A stretch of DNA of 64,000 nt. Origin: Spirochaetota bacterium (GTDB taxonomy: Bacteria > Spirochaetota > UBA4802 > UBA5550). The stretch's first letter is position 1; the number at the start of each line of letters is the position of its first letter. This document shows, piece by piece, positions 31,718 through 41,500 of this stretch. A program made the translations under genes and the position numbers. The DNA lies in contig CAXXHB010000003.1 in NCBI GenBank assembly GCA_963664815.2, forward strand, positions 672,001 to 736,000. The letters are read 5' to 3'. The notes beneath the pieces were generated by a model. It ran no database searches. It worked only from the letters and a program-made list of their open reading frames with translations, and had not been told where the DNA came from.

Positions 31718-31765
31718 TGTTAACAAAAAAGGGCTGTTTCAATAAACAGACCCTTTTTGTTAACA
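31718..31765. terminator. Intrinsic terminator at the end of the tetR operon
   Basis: TGTTAACAAAAAAGGGCTGTTT-CAAT-AAACAGACCCTTTTTGTTAACA. Confidence 0.8.
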
Positions 31766-31795
31766 ATTATGTTGCTGCTATTTATTTTATGTTTG

Positions 31796-31978
31796 TCAGC
31801 TTTTTCCTGATCCTTGGCTGATTTTACTCAAGTTTCCGAATTTTTTTCTCTTTTTTCTCTTTTTCCTCTTCTTTTTTTGCATTCTTTTCAGTTTTTTCTC
31901 AGCTTTTTTATCTGTTCTTTTTTGCCTGAACAGGGCTGTAATCAATCCTGAAAGTGCGGAAAACAGTTCTGTGTTCAT
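31796..31978 (-). CDS. Small, extremely Lys/Arg-rich hypothetical protein (60 aa)
   Basis: ATG 7 nt after the DUF2267 stop, ends just before the terminator; MQKKKRKKRKKRKK stretch. Confidence 0.5.
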   Translation of the reverse strand: MNTELFSALSGLITALFRQKRTDKKAEKKLKRMQKKKRKKRKKRKKFGNLSKISQGSGKS

Positions 31979-31985
31979 ATAAAAC

Positions 31986-32405
31986 TCATCCCTTCCAGAA
32001 CTCTGCGGCCCCTTCGGGCAGCTGCGACAGTATCCGGTCAAATGCTGCCTCGTCCACGTTCTGCCTTAGCGCCCTGGCCACTTCACCTATTGCATCGGGT
32101 GTTGAAAAGTTGTGATCCGGCCGTAATGTCCGGACCTCTTTTGTCATAGTATCACGGTCGCCAAAAGGGAGTCTGGGTTCATCAATATCCCAGTCAGCAA
32201 CAAATATTGCACGCAGCACAGGGGGGAGCACGCCTGCAAAGAGGATGGCTTCCTTAACGTTTATCCTGCGGCGGAATACCTGCAGTACACCCTGAACCAT
32301 GGTATATGTCTGGTGTGTACTCCCGAAGCCTGCGATGTCCCTTGCTTCTGTAAGAAACTTGTAAAAATGATCTGTTGCACGCTGGTATTCAGAAGGTATT
32401 GGCAT
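31986..32405 (-). CDS. DUF2267 domain protein
   Basis: VLQVFRRRI...EA..FA..LP..LR..F...W...V.SQLP pattern. Confidence 0.85.
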   Translation of the reverse strand: MPIPSEYQRATDHFYKFLTEARDIAGFGSTHQTYTMVQGVLQVFRRRINVKEAILFAGVLPPVLRAIFVADWDIDEPRLPFGDRDTMTKEVRTLRPDHNFSTPDAIGEVARALRQNVDEAAFDRILSQLPEGAAEFWKG

Positions 32406-32457
32406 AATCGGCTCCTTTTATGAAAATTCCTTATTCTGACGGTTACCCTATATAGTT

Positions 32458-33363
32458 TCAAATCCATTTAATATTTACGTTGCGTTCCGGGATGCTGTGC
32501 AATTTTATCGATGGATAACCTGCTGTCAATGCAGCATAACACTTATGTCCTTCCGGTATTTTAAGAAATTTGCCAAGTTTTGAAAAATTCCGGATATGTT
32601 CTCCGGCTGCGGCCATCTGGATCAGTCCATTCCAGCATGTTCCGATTCCAAAAGAATAAGCATACAGCTGAATATAGGAAACAGCCGCGTCACAATCTGA
32701 ATGCGGCATCGATGAATTTTCAGGGGCATATGCAAAAATTGCAACAGGGGCATTATACATGATGGCGTCTCTTCCTTCATTATATTCCTGCAACCTCATT
32801 TCGATGTCCGGAAGGACTGCAAACGCGGCGTCAATTGATTCATCAAAATGTGATGCCAGGCGTACTATGGGGTTTTTTATCAGTTTGCGCATTTTCTGCA
32901 GGTATTCGACAGTCATATCAAGTACTGACTTCATGTTATCATAACCGTAAACAACACTGAAATTCCGCACCCAGCCGATCCTGTGATGGGGACTCCCCTG
33001 GGCATACCCGGCAATCTTTATAATTTTTTCGATATCTTCCAGTGGCGGGATATTCTCACGGTAGTTTCTCACTGATCTCCGGCCGGATAGAAGACTAAAG
33101 GCACTTTCATTTAATACCGGATTATCAGAAAAACTTCTGAATTTCGAAAAATCAAACCCGCTGTGAAAAATCGCTTTCTTAGGGCATGCAGCAAGGCATT
33201 GACCGCACAGGCAGCACTCATCAAGGTCGCGCGCAACTGCTGCCTTTTTATCTGTCACTTTATATATCCGCACAGGGCAGACCTTTTCACATAAACCGCA
33301 ACCGTTACAGGTATCCTGTAAGATAGAAATTTCCGGGGCAATCAGATAATCTTTTGAATCCAT
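32458..33363 (-). CDS. Nitroreductase family protein with N-terminal 2[4Fe-4S] ferredoxin
   Basis: CNGCGLCEKVCP and CCLCGQCLAACP; RRSVRNY; GIGTCW; GYP. Confidence 0.93.
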   Translation of the reverse strand: MDSKDYLIAPEISILQDTCNGCGLCEKVCPVRIYKVTDKKAAVARDLDECCLCGQCLAACPKKAIFHSGFDFSKFRSFSDNPVLNESAFSLLSGRRSVRNYRENIPPLEDIEKIIKIAGYAQGSPHHRIGWVRNFSVVYGYDNMKSVLDMTVEYLQKMRKLIKNPIVRLASHFDESIDAAFAVLPDIEMRLQEYNEGRDAIMYNAPVAIFAYAPENSSMPHSDCDAAVSYIQLYAYSFGIGTCWNGLIQMAAAGEHIRNFSKLGKFLKIPEGHKCYAALTAGYPSIKLHSIPERNVNIKWI

Positions 33364-33380
33364 ATCATTATATCCTTTAA

Positions 33381-33986
33381 TTATTTTTTTGTATGGCCTG
33401 ATTTTCTGTAGGTTGTAATAAATGTTTCTGTAAATGCCTGTATTGTTTCTTCAGGGTCAAGCCCGCCTTCAATTGCCAGGTAACCTGTAATTCCATCAAG
33501 TGCCGCGAGAAGCGGGTATGCTGTGTTGCGTGGTGAAAATTTTCTGAACACGCCTGTTTCAATGCCCCTGATGTATAAACTCTCAAAAAAATTTATTGTC
33601 TGCCTGGCATAATCCGCGTAAGTACGTGAGAGCTGTTGATTTGAAAAAGTTTTGGCCAGTGATAAATAAACGACAATAAGCTCACGGGGATGATTCATCC
33701 AATAAGTAAGATAGCTGCGTATATATAATGTTAAACCTTCTGCCGGGTCAGGATTACTTGAAGCTTCGCTGATAAACTGCATTACCGGTTCTATAAGTTT
33801 ATCATTTACTTTTATCAGAATATCATCTTTCGAAGAAAAATGGTAATATATTCCACCTTTTGTGATTCCTGTGCGTTGGGCAATAGATTCCATGGAGGCA
33901 TTTTCGTACCCTTTTTCTACGAATTCTATAATTGCGGCCTCAAGGATCTGGTTAATTCTAATCTCTTTGGATTCTTTTTTAGTCAT
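33381..33986 (-). CDS. TetR/AcrR family transcriptional regulator
   Basis: ILEAA...F.EKGY...SMESIA...GITKGGIYYHFSSKDDI. Confidence 0.95.
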   Translation of the reverse strand: MTKKESKEIRINQILEAAIIEFVEKGYENASMESIAQRTGITKGGIYYHFSSKDDILIKVNDKLIEPVMQFISEASSNPDPAEGLTLYIRSYLTYWMNHPRELIVVYLSLAKTFSNQQLSRTYADYARQTINFFESLYIRGIETGVFRKFSPRNTAYPLLAALDGITGYLAIEGGLDPEETIQAFTETFITTYRKSGHTKK

Positions 33987-34005
33987 ATCTTTTTCCTTTT
34001 TTAAA

Positions 34006-34033
34006 AAATACCGTCGGTAGGTATTTATGTCAA
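34006..34033 (-). promoter_or_regulatory. Putative TetR operator and -35 box
   Basis: Inverted repeat AAATACC-GTCGGTA-GGTATTT (34006-34026) next to TTGACA (34033-34028, minus strand). Confidence 0.7.
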
Positions 34034-34270
34034 TCCCGAATTATAAATATCTTAATTTTTAAGTAGTGAATCAATGTAAAATCGCGTGTGTGGGGATTTC
34101 AGAGAGCTGCTAAAAAACATAAACTGTTTTTATGTGAAGAACTTAAGAAACTCATCTTTTAAAAAAGCAATATTAAAGGAAGAGGTTTTAAATGCCGGAC
34201 GGATAAACCTCCGGCTGAAATGTATTGGAATTCCATTATATTGATGATTCTGTTGTGGCGATTTTATTAA

Positions 34271-34299
34271 TTGACAGAACTGTTTAAACAGACTAGTCT
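34271..34299 (+). promoter_or_regulatory. Sigma70-like promoter
   Basis: TTGACA-17 nt-TAGTCT upstream of AGGAGG and ATG 34328. Confidence 0.6.
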
Positions 34300-34327
34300 G
34301 AATAGATTGATATTTAGGAGGTGATTC

Positions 34328-34972
34328 ATGAAACGGATAATTTTATTAAATCTGATCCTGGCAGTTCACTTTGCTTACGCGTCCGGTACCGGATCATACA
34401 GCAGAAGGCCGGTAGAGTTTAAATTTATCATTAATTCAAATGTTGTACTAAATCATAAAATCACATATGACGGGAAAAACAGACCATCAAAAATTCTGTA
34501 TTATGAAAGTGGCATTTATAACTCGTATGAACTTTACGCTTATGATTCTGCGGAGAGGTTAACTGAGATAGTCAAATATACTCCTGAAGATTCATTGGTA
34601 GAGAGCAGAAAGCTTTTATATGATACTGCCGGGGCGCTGGTTCGTGAAAGCAGGATCTCTCCTGATAATGTTTTGCTTGAGTATGGCATTTTAAAATATC
34701 AAAGCGATAAACTTGTTTCAGTACAGTATTACAACCCGGATGGGAAGCAGCTGAGATACTGTGAATACGTTTATAAAAACGACAGGATTGATGTAATCAG
34801 AATAAATGACATCGGCAACTATACTATGACAGCTCATTTTATTTATGACAAAGATAATTTAACAACGGGGCAGAGCATAGAACATTCTGATTTAAACGGA
34901 AAGGCTGAATCGGTGATTATTTATGAGGAGGGCACTATTTCAAAGGCAGATTACAATGAGTTAATGAGATAA
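34328..34972 (+). CDS. Exported hypothetical protein with YD-like beta-hairpin repeats
   Basis: Signal peptide; recurring Y.YD..G.L motifs. Confidence 0.75.
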   Translation: MKRIILLNLILAVHFAYASGTGSYSRRPVEFKFIINSNVVLNHKITYDGKNRPSKILYYESGIYNSYELYAYDSAERLTEIVKYTPEDSLVESRKLLYDTAGALVRESRISPDNVLLEYGILKYQSDKLVSVQYYNPDGKQLRYCEYVYKNDRIDVIRINDIGNYTMTAHFIYDKDNLTTGQSIEHSDLNGKAESVIIYEEGTISKADYNELMR

Positions 34973-35008
34973 AACCTTTAAAACCGCATCAGATGTATCT
35001 TATAAAAT

Positions 35009-35113
35009 TTTAACCGGCAATAGTACTGAATTTAATAATTTAAATCAGGGAATGAACCGCACTTAATTCAAAGAGAAATATAAAAAAAGCGTACCGGTTT
35101 ATAAACGGGGGCG
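35009..35113 (+). repeat. 105-bp dispersed direct repeat, copy 1
   Basis: Ungapped manual alignment to 45483-45587 with 9 mismatches; last 37 bp identical. Confidence 0.92.
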
Positions 35114-35201
35114 GTATCCCTGTTCCTGACGGTGGGATTATTACTTCACGGGTGCTTCTGCTTGCGGAACACTCTCATTCGAAAAAAAATTTTCAAATTT
35201 A

Positions 35202-35666
35202 CTATAATCCTCCTTTTAATATTGTCTGGACAATGACATCATAGAGCTTTGTCCCCTGCATAGTGGTTCCAGTCGAGAGGTTCACTACGGATGCATCTTC
35301 GAAATGAACTTCAATGGAATCACCGTCTGAAAATCCCCGGGGACACGACTCAAGAATCACAATTGGTATACCCAAAGCAATGGCATTGCGGAAAAAAATC
35401 CTTGCAAACGATTGTGCAACAATCGCGCCGATGCCAAGGGTCTTGAGTATCCCGGGAGCTGATTCTCTTGATGATCCGCATCCGAAATTTGACCCGGCTA
35501 CAATAATATCCCCCTTGTTGAATGCTTTGGTGAAATCCGGCCTGACAGATTCCATAACATGCTTAACCATCTCGTTTACCGGGCTGTCGAGATAAGCACC
35601 GGGGGTTATCGCATCTGTATCGATATTATCTCCGAATAACCAGACCTTGCCTTTTATCGTTTCCAT
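35202..35666 (-). CDS. LeuD/DmdB-like dehydratase small subunit
   Basis: GDNIDTDAITP, NFGCGSSRESA, SFARIFFRNAI. Confidence 0.92.
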   Translation of the reverse strand: METIKGKVWLFGDNIDTDAITPGAYLDSPVNEMVKHVMESVRPDFTKAFNKGDIIVAGSNFGCGSSRESAPGILKTLGIGAIVAQSFARIFFRNAIALGIPIVILESCPRGFSDGDSIEVHFEDASVVNLSTGTTMQGTKLYDVIVQTILKGGL

Positions 35667-35683
35667 ATTATCTCCGGCTTCAT

Positions 35684-36937
35684 TTATAATTCGTCAGGGT
35701 GTATAATCCTGCCCGCCACAGAAGATGCAGCGACTACGTAAGGATTCGCAAGATATATTTCCGATGCTGGGCTGCCCATCCGTCCCCTGAAATTCCTGTT
35801 GGATGTCGAAACGCATACTTCACCCGCAGCCAGCAGACCCTGATGCGCACCGAAACAGGCTCCGCATCCGGGATGATTTACAATTGCTTCCGCTTTGACA
35901 ATTATTTCCATGAATCCTTCTCTGATTGCCTGAAGGTATATTTCCCTTGATGCGGGTGTCACAATCAATCTTACATCCTTATGCACCTTTCTCCCCTTGA
36001 GAATTTCTGCTGCTGCCTGCAGGTCTTCGAGCCTTCCATTGGTACAGGATCCGAGAAAAGCCTGATCGATCCTGACATGGCCTAGAGTGCTTACCGGTCT
36101 AACGTCATCAATCCGATGTGGGCACGACACTAGTGGTTCGAGTTCATTCAGATCAATATCATGGCATGCTTCATAGATAGCGTTTTCATCGGGAAATACC
36201 GGGTCATAAGCATCTCTGATGCGCGGATTGAGGTATTCGTGAACGATGTCGTCTGGGAGGAAAAATCCGAATTTTGCCCCCAGCTCTACGGCCATGTTGC
36301 AGATTGTCATTCGGGATGCGAGAGACAATTCTCCGGCCGAAGGCCCATGAAATTCTATCGACTTATATTGTGCGATTTCCACTTTATGAATACCGGCTAT
36401 ATGCAGGATGATGTCTTTGCCCATGACATATTTTTTTTTCTTTCCGTGAATCTCAAACCGGATTGTTTCAGGAACCTTGAGCCAGATCTCACCTGTATGA
36501 CAGAGGTGGGCCATTTCCAGGTAGCCGATCCCTGTGCCGGCACAGCCGAAGGCACCGTATGTTGTCGCATGTGAATCGGCGGCAATGACCAGCCTTCCGG
36601 GGGCAATAAAACCGAGCTCAGGCATGACCTGATGGCATATCCCGGGCTTTTCGCCGTAGAAGTGAGTGATTCCAAACTTTTGTGCAAAGATCCTTCCAAG
36701 TTTCTGTATTTCAGCAGCTCTTATGGTCGGTGCTGGTGAATAATGATCAAGAATGACTATGATTCTGTCCCTGTCCCATACGCTATCAATTCCGGCCTGC
36801 ATCATCCTTAAATAAACACCTGCGGCAGCTTCAGGGCACATTACATAATCAGGCCGTGCGGTTACATACTCCCCGGCTTTTACCTGGTTATTACCGGAAG
36901 CTCTGGCGAGTATCTTCTCTGCGATTGTGTATCCCAT
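35684..36937 (-). CDS. LeuC/DmdA/homoaconitase-like dehydratase large subunit
   Basis: DH, GICHQ, DSHATTYGA, GSCTNGR, GCGACFG, STSNRNFRGRMG. Confidence 0.93.
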   Translation of the reverse strand: MGYTIAEKILARASGNNQVKAGEYVTARPDYVMCPEAAAGVYLRMMQAGIDSVWDRDRIIVILDHYSPAPTIRAAEIQKLGRIFAQKFGITHFYGEKPGICHQVMPELGFIAPGRLVIAADSHATTYGAFGCAGTGIGYLEMAHLCHTGEIWLKVPETIRFEIHGKKKKYVMGKDIILHIAGIHKVEIAQYKSIEFHGPSAGELSLASRMTICNMAVELGAKFGFFLPDDIVHEYLNPRIRDAYDPVFPDENAIYEACHDIDLNELEPLVSCPHRIDDVRPVSTLGHVRIDQAFLGSCTNGRLEDLQAAAEILKGRKVHKDVRLIVTPASREIYLQAIREGFMEIIVKAEAIVNHPGCGACFGAHQGLLAAGEVCVSTSNRNFRGRMGSPASEIYLANPYVVAASSVAGRIIHPDEL

Positions 36938-36947
36938 GAAGTTCGCC

Positions 36948-37826
36948 TCATTCTTTTATCGAGTATTTCTGTTCCAAAGCAAAAATACCGGGAAGATCGA
37001 CGATTTTTGTAAATTCATCGAATGTGGCAAGATTGGATTCATATTCTCTGGTGGACCCTTTGGATTTCAGCTCGGTTAAAGCATTCATCATAGCACGTGC
37101 AGCTGCAAAAACTGAAGTGAGCACATAGCCTACGAACTGATATTTTAGTTCAGCAAACTCTTCAAGTGAAAGAATCGGGCTCAACCCCCCCTCAATCATA
37201 TTTGCGACAAGCGGGCCGGGTACATTTTCTCTTATAATTTTCAGTTCCTCCTTGCTCCTTGGCGCCTCGACAAATATGACATCCGCTCCGAGTTCATGGT
37301 ACCTGTTTGCACGCCTGATTGCCTCATCAAGGCCAATAGGTCCTCTGGCATCTGTACGGGCGATAATGATGAAATTACCGGGATCCCTGCGAGCTTCAAG
37401 TGCGGCAAGAAGCTTCTGTTCATATTCCTCGGCAGGGATTACTTTTTTACCGGCCATGTGTCCACAACGCTTGGGCCAGAGCTGATCTTCAAGTATCATC
37501 CCCTGAACTCCGGCCTGCTCGAGCTCCCTGACCGTTCTGATAACGTTTATCGGACCGCCATAACCTGTATCCGCATCGGCTATTACAGGGATATTTACGG
37601 CTGATGCAATATAAGAAGCCGTTTTTACAACTTCACTCTGGGTCAGCAGGCCGAAATCGGGCATTGCAAGAAGTGATGCCGTTGTGGCATACCCGGAAAC
37701 AAGGACCGCTTCAAATCCTGCCAGCTCTGCGATACGGGCGCTTAACGCATCGTAAGCGCCAGGCATAAGCACCGGACTGTCTGTTGCTGATAAAGCACGT
37801 AAATTTCTGAATTTCTTTGGTTCCAT
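36948..37826 (-). CDS. Isocitrate lyase/PEP mutase family C-C lyase (PrpB/Dml-like)
   Basis: GAYDALSA, DADTGYG, EDQ..PKRCGH, IIARTD, GAD.IFVEA. Confidence 0.93.
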   Translation of the reverse strand: MEPKKFRNLRALSATDSPVLMPGAYDALSARIAELAGFEAVLVSGYATTASLLAMPDFGLLTQSEVVKTASYIASAVNIPVIADADTGYGGPINVIRTVRELEQAGVQGMILEDQLWPKRCGHMAGKKVIPAEEYEQKLLAALEARRDPGNFIIIARTDARGPIGLDEAIRRANRYHELGADVIFVEAPRSKEELKIIRENVPGPLVANMIEGGLSPILSLEEFAELKYQFVGYVLTSVFAAARAMMNALTELKSKGSTREYESNLATFDEFTKIVDLPGIFALEQKYSIKE

Positions 37827-37879
37827 CTGATACCCCCCTTAATTTTAGTCAGAATAGTTAACTGCCCGATAGAATACCG

Positions 37880-38003
37880 GTTATCGTCGGTCTCTTATTC
37901 TCAATGCTTAAATTAGCAATAAAATATTATAATGGGAGTAAAAATTCAGTTCTATGTATTGGAAGTGCATACTATGGAATCATAGTACTAAATATTTTAT
38001 ATT
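37880..38003 (-). repeat. Conserved non-coding element, copy A (core only)
   Basis: Reverse complement aligns with 56550-56670 and 59738-59860 (TATAAAA.ATTTAGTACTATG-N4-CATAG...AATA.ATAGAAC...AATATT.T.TTGCTAATT...GAGAC). Confidence 0.85.
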
Positions 38004-38269
38004 TTGATACAGGAAGATTAGCGTATTAAAGAATTCTCCTTATAATGAACCACCTTGGATTCAGCAGCTTTAATGATATTTATCTGTTCTTTTTAAATCA
38101 GATAATAATATATTGTGCAGTTTACGTCTGTGGACATCCGGCAGCCATGAGAGAAAGCAGTGATACCAACCGGAATGGCAGCTGAAAAGATTAGACTTTG
38201 AAAAACATCAGATTACTATCTTTACAACTTGTCTCGTATAAATTGGGGTATATTCAGCAGAGATTGTTA

Positions 38270-38350
38270 ATGAAAACATTACAGGTAGGTGAATTTAAAC
38301 GCAGATTCTCTGAAGTCCTTGATATTTATGGGAGTATGAAGTACAAATAA
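38270..38350 (+). pseudogene. Truncated Phd/YefM antitoxin remnant
   Basis: MKTLQVGEFKRRFSEVLD then unrelated sequence and a stop after 26 codons. Confidence 0.65.
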
Positions 38351-38439
38351 CTAATATTTCAATTAGAAAAATCGGGCAAATCTATGCATAATTTTTCTCC
38401 TTATATTATAAATTTTTATAATTATATAATTGATAATTA

Positions 38440-38477
38440 AATTCTGTCCCGCCAATTACTGTGCGCGGAATAATTGT
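38440..38477 (-). repeat. Short conserved palindromic element (partner at 43010-43048)
   Basis: Reverse complement AATTATTCCGCGCACAGTAATTGGCGGGACAGAATT versus AATTATTGCGCGCGCAGTAATTGGCCGGACATAATT. Confidence 0.75.
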
Positions 38478-38535
38478 CTATGTTTAAATGGGTTAAATTT
38501 GAAAGGCATGAAGTTAAGGAGGTTTAATACGGGGA

Positions 38536-41500
38536 TCAGGAAAAGCTTTTCAGTAAAGCATCTTTTTGTTTCTCCCTGAACTCACTTGGTGTCATCCCTT
38601 CTGATTCGCGGAAGACTCTGTTGAACGTGCGCAGGTTTTCGAATCCGGAATCCATGGCAATTTGGATCACTGTTTTAGCGGTTTCAATGAGACTGTTTCT
38701 GGCATTATGGATCCTTAACTCATTTATATAGGAATTAAGCCTCTTACCTGTCACCTTGTTGAATATTCTGCTCAGATGATCGGGATTCATGTCAACTGCG
38801 GCGGCAAGCCCCTCGCGGGAAATGTCTGCTGAAAAATTTTTATTAATGAAATCAATCACATGGCTTATTTTTATCTCGGATGACTCGCTTACGGTCAGTT
38901 GTCTGGTACGAATATTTCCAAGCTCGGCATACAGCGCCCGGTTTGTCCGCTCAAGCCTGTCTCTTACGCTTTTCAGGTCGAGCTGGGCTTTTATCCGCGA
39001 CTGGAGGTCGCTCATGTTAAAGGGTTTGACGATGTAATCTGTTGCCCCCTTTGAAAATCCTTCAAGTTTCATCTCAGGTTCAGCCTTTGCAGTGAGCAGA
39101 ATCACCGGAACGCTTTCAAGTCCCGGCATGCGCCGGATGTTAGCTGTCAGCTCGTAGCCGTCCATGCCTGGCATCATCACATCGGAGAGTATAAGGTCCG
39201 GAATGTTTTCCTCTGTTTCAATAATTTTAAGCGCATCCATCCCGTCATTTGCATTAATGATTCTGTACTGCCCGCCGAGTACACCGGTAAGCATTGTATG
39301 CATTCCGGGATTGTCCTCCACTATCAGTATGGTATATTCAACCGGTATAACGGAATTGCTGACGGTTTCAGCTGATACGACTGCGATTTCCTGTTTCCTG
39401 ATGCCGTTCAATGCAAATTCGGCATAGTTGAGGGTATAGACATCTCTTTCGTCCGTGCCCTCCACGGAGAAATTCACATCTTCCCTTGTCTGGAAGTGCC
39501 CCCTGTCTGCGGGAATTTTCACAGTAAAGACTGAACCATGATTTTCAGGGAAACAGTCTATGTGCCTGCTTTCAACGGCGACAGTTCCGTCATGGAGTTT
39601 AACATATTCCATGACCATGGCCAGCCCTATGCCAGTACCTTCAAACATACGTGAAGGGCCGGAGTCAACCTGTGAAAAGCGGTCAAATATGCTCTCCTGT
39701 TTATCTGCTGGTATGCCCGGGCCTGTGTCCTCAATGCGCAATACGCACATGCCTGTATCATCTGATATTGCAGACAGGTAAATACTGCCGCCGCCGGCTG
39801 TAAATTTTACTGCATTGGACAGAAGGTTTGCCAGTACGCGGTCTATTTTTTCCCTGTCTGCCCAGATAAGTATTTCTTCAGGCTGGCAGAATGTCCGGAG
39901 TTTTATACTCCTGAGATCGCAGACTGAACGTATTGCCTCGGCGTGCGACGCGGCCATGGCTGTGATGTTTATCAGACTTACGGACATTTTCATACGGCCT
40001 GCATCCATGCGTGAGAAGTCAAGCAGATTGTTTATAAGTGAAAGAAGACGTAAACCGTTATTATATATTGATTCAAAGAATGCCCGGTCCTGTTTGTAGT
40101 TATAACCGCCGCTGAGTACCGCCTCAACAGGTGTAATCATAAGTGTCAGCGGTGTGCGTATCTCATGCGATATATTGGCGAAGAAATTTGACTTGATGCG
40201 GTCAAGTTCGCTGAGCCTTTCGTTGGCCATGGCCAGTTCTCTTGTGCGTTCTATTACCTTCTGTTCCAGAGTATTGCGTTCCTCAAGGAGTTCGGCAGAT
40301 GTTTTTTCAAGGGCTTCGAGCTGCTGACTTGAAACAACAGTGTATTCGCTCAGTCGTTCTGAAAGATTATTTTTCTCTGAGTAAATATATAAAATATACA
40401 GAGAAAACAGTGCAATGGTCAGGCAATGGGTAATAATTCCGGTATGTATTAATCCGAACCCGGCAAAGATAGATAATATTATTGCCGCAACAATTTTATA
40501 ATATATTATGCTCGCAGTTGGCTTCCACCTGTACTCTATTGTAAAACTGTGTCTGTCTCCGTCGTTTCTGAATGTAATGACTGAATCGGGTAGATCATCA
40601 AGGGTGAATATAAGCTTGAGTATTGCACCCAGTGAACCGTGGTAGATGGCCGCATCATTCGGTATTGATGCATTCAGATATTTTGAGTATTGGCTTAAAT
40701 TAAATTCAGGTTTAATCCAGATTTGAAATCTTGCAAATCCCTTACTTACATCGGTTTTGAAATCATGAATATCGTTTACTTTAGATATACCGTTTTTAAT
40801 CTGTGTAAATACCACCTGTTGTGGTATGAGGAAAAAAATTTTCCCTAATCTTAATTCATTCAACGTGCTGTGTATAGCGGCTTTTATAAAAAAACTTTTA
40901 CTATTAGCCAGGATTTTTGTGAATTCCAATCCATATTCAATGAATTCAAGACTGCACCAGATATTTTCATTATTATAAAAATCTCTGTCAATGCTATAAC
41001 TGGAGTTCATGTTGTTATTTATAAAGCTTATTATATCCGATGTGTTTATGAACTGAACCTTTTCAAGGTATAAAAGCAGGCCAAGTACGTTATTTGTTGT
41101 TACATCGTGAACTGGTGTGCCGCTCCCTGTTTTGCCGTACGGTATGTAGTCCATGAATCCTTTTTCATAAATCTTATGATGTTCACTTAACTGCTCATTG
41201 CTGTTCTCTCCAAAATGGAAATCATACCTGCCTATTACTTTTTTCGTGAACATAATGAAGTAGAAATAGAACTCGTTGCTGTACCATCTTGTTTTATCAA
41301 GGAGATCGGCTCTTACTGCAGTGAACCTGTTATCAGCCATATGTTCATTAAGCATTGACACAAGTATTCCGGTGTCTCCGCCGCATTCCTCGAAGTAAAG
41401 AAGTGTCTCATTCGCTGCTTCACCGGATATGCAGTATATTGTTTTTATTTCATCAGCCGAAGGGCCACGGTAAAAACCGTTTTCATCAGCAGGCCATGGC

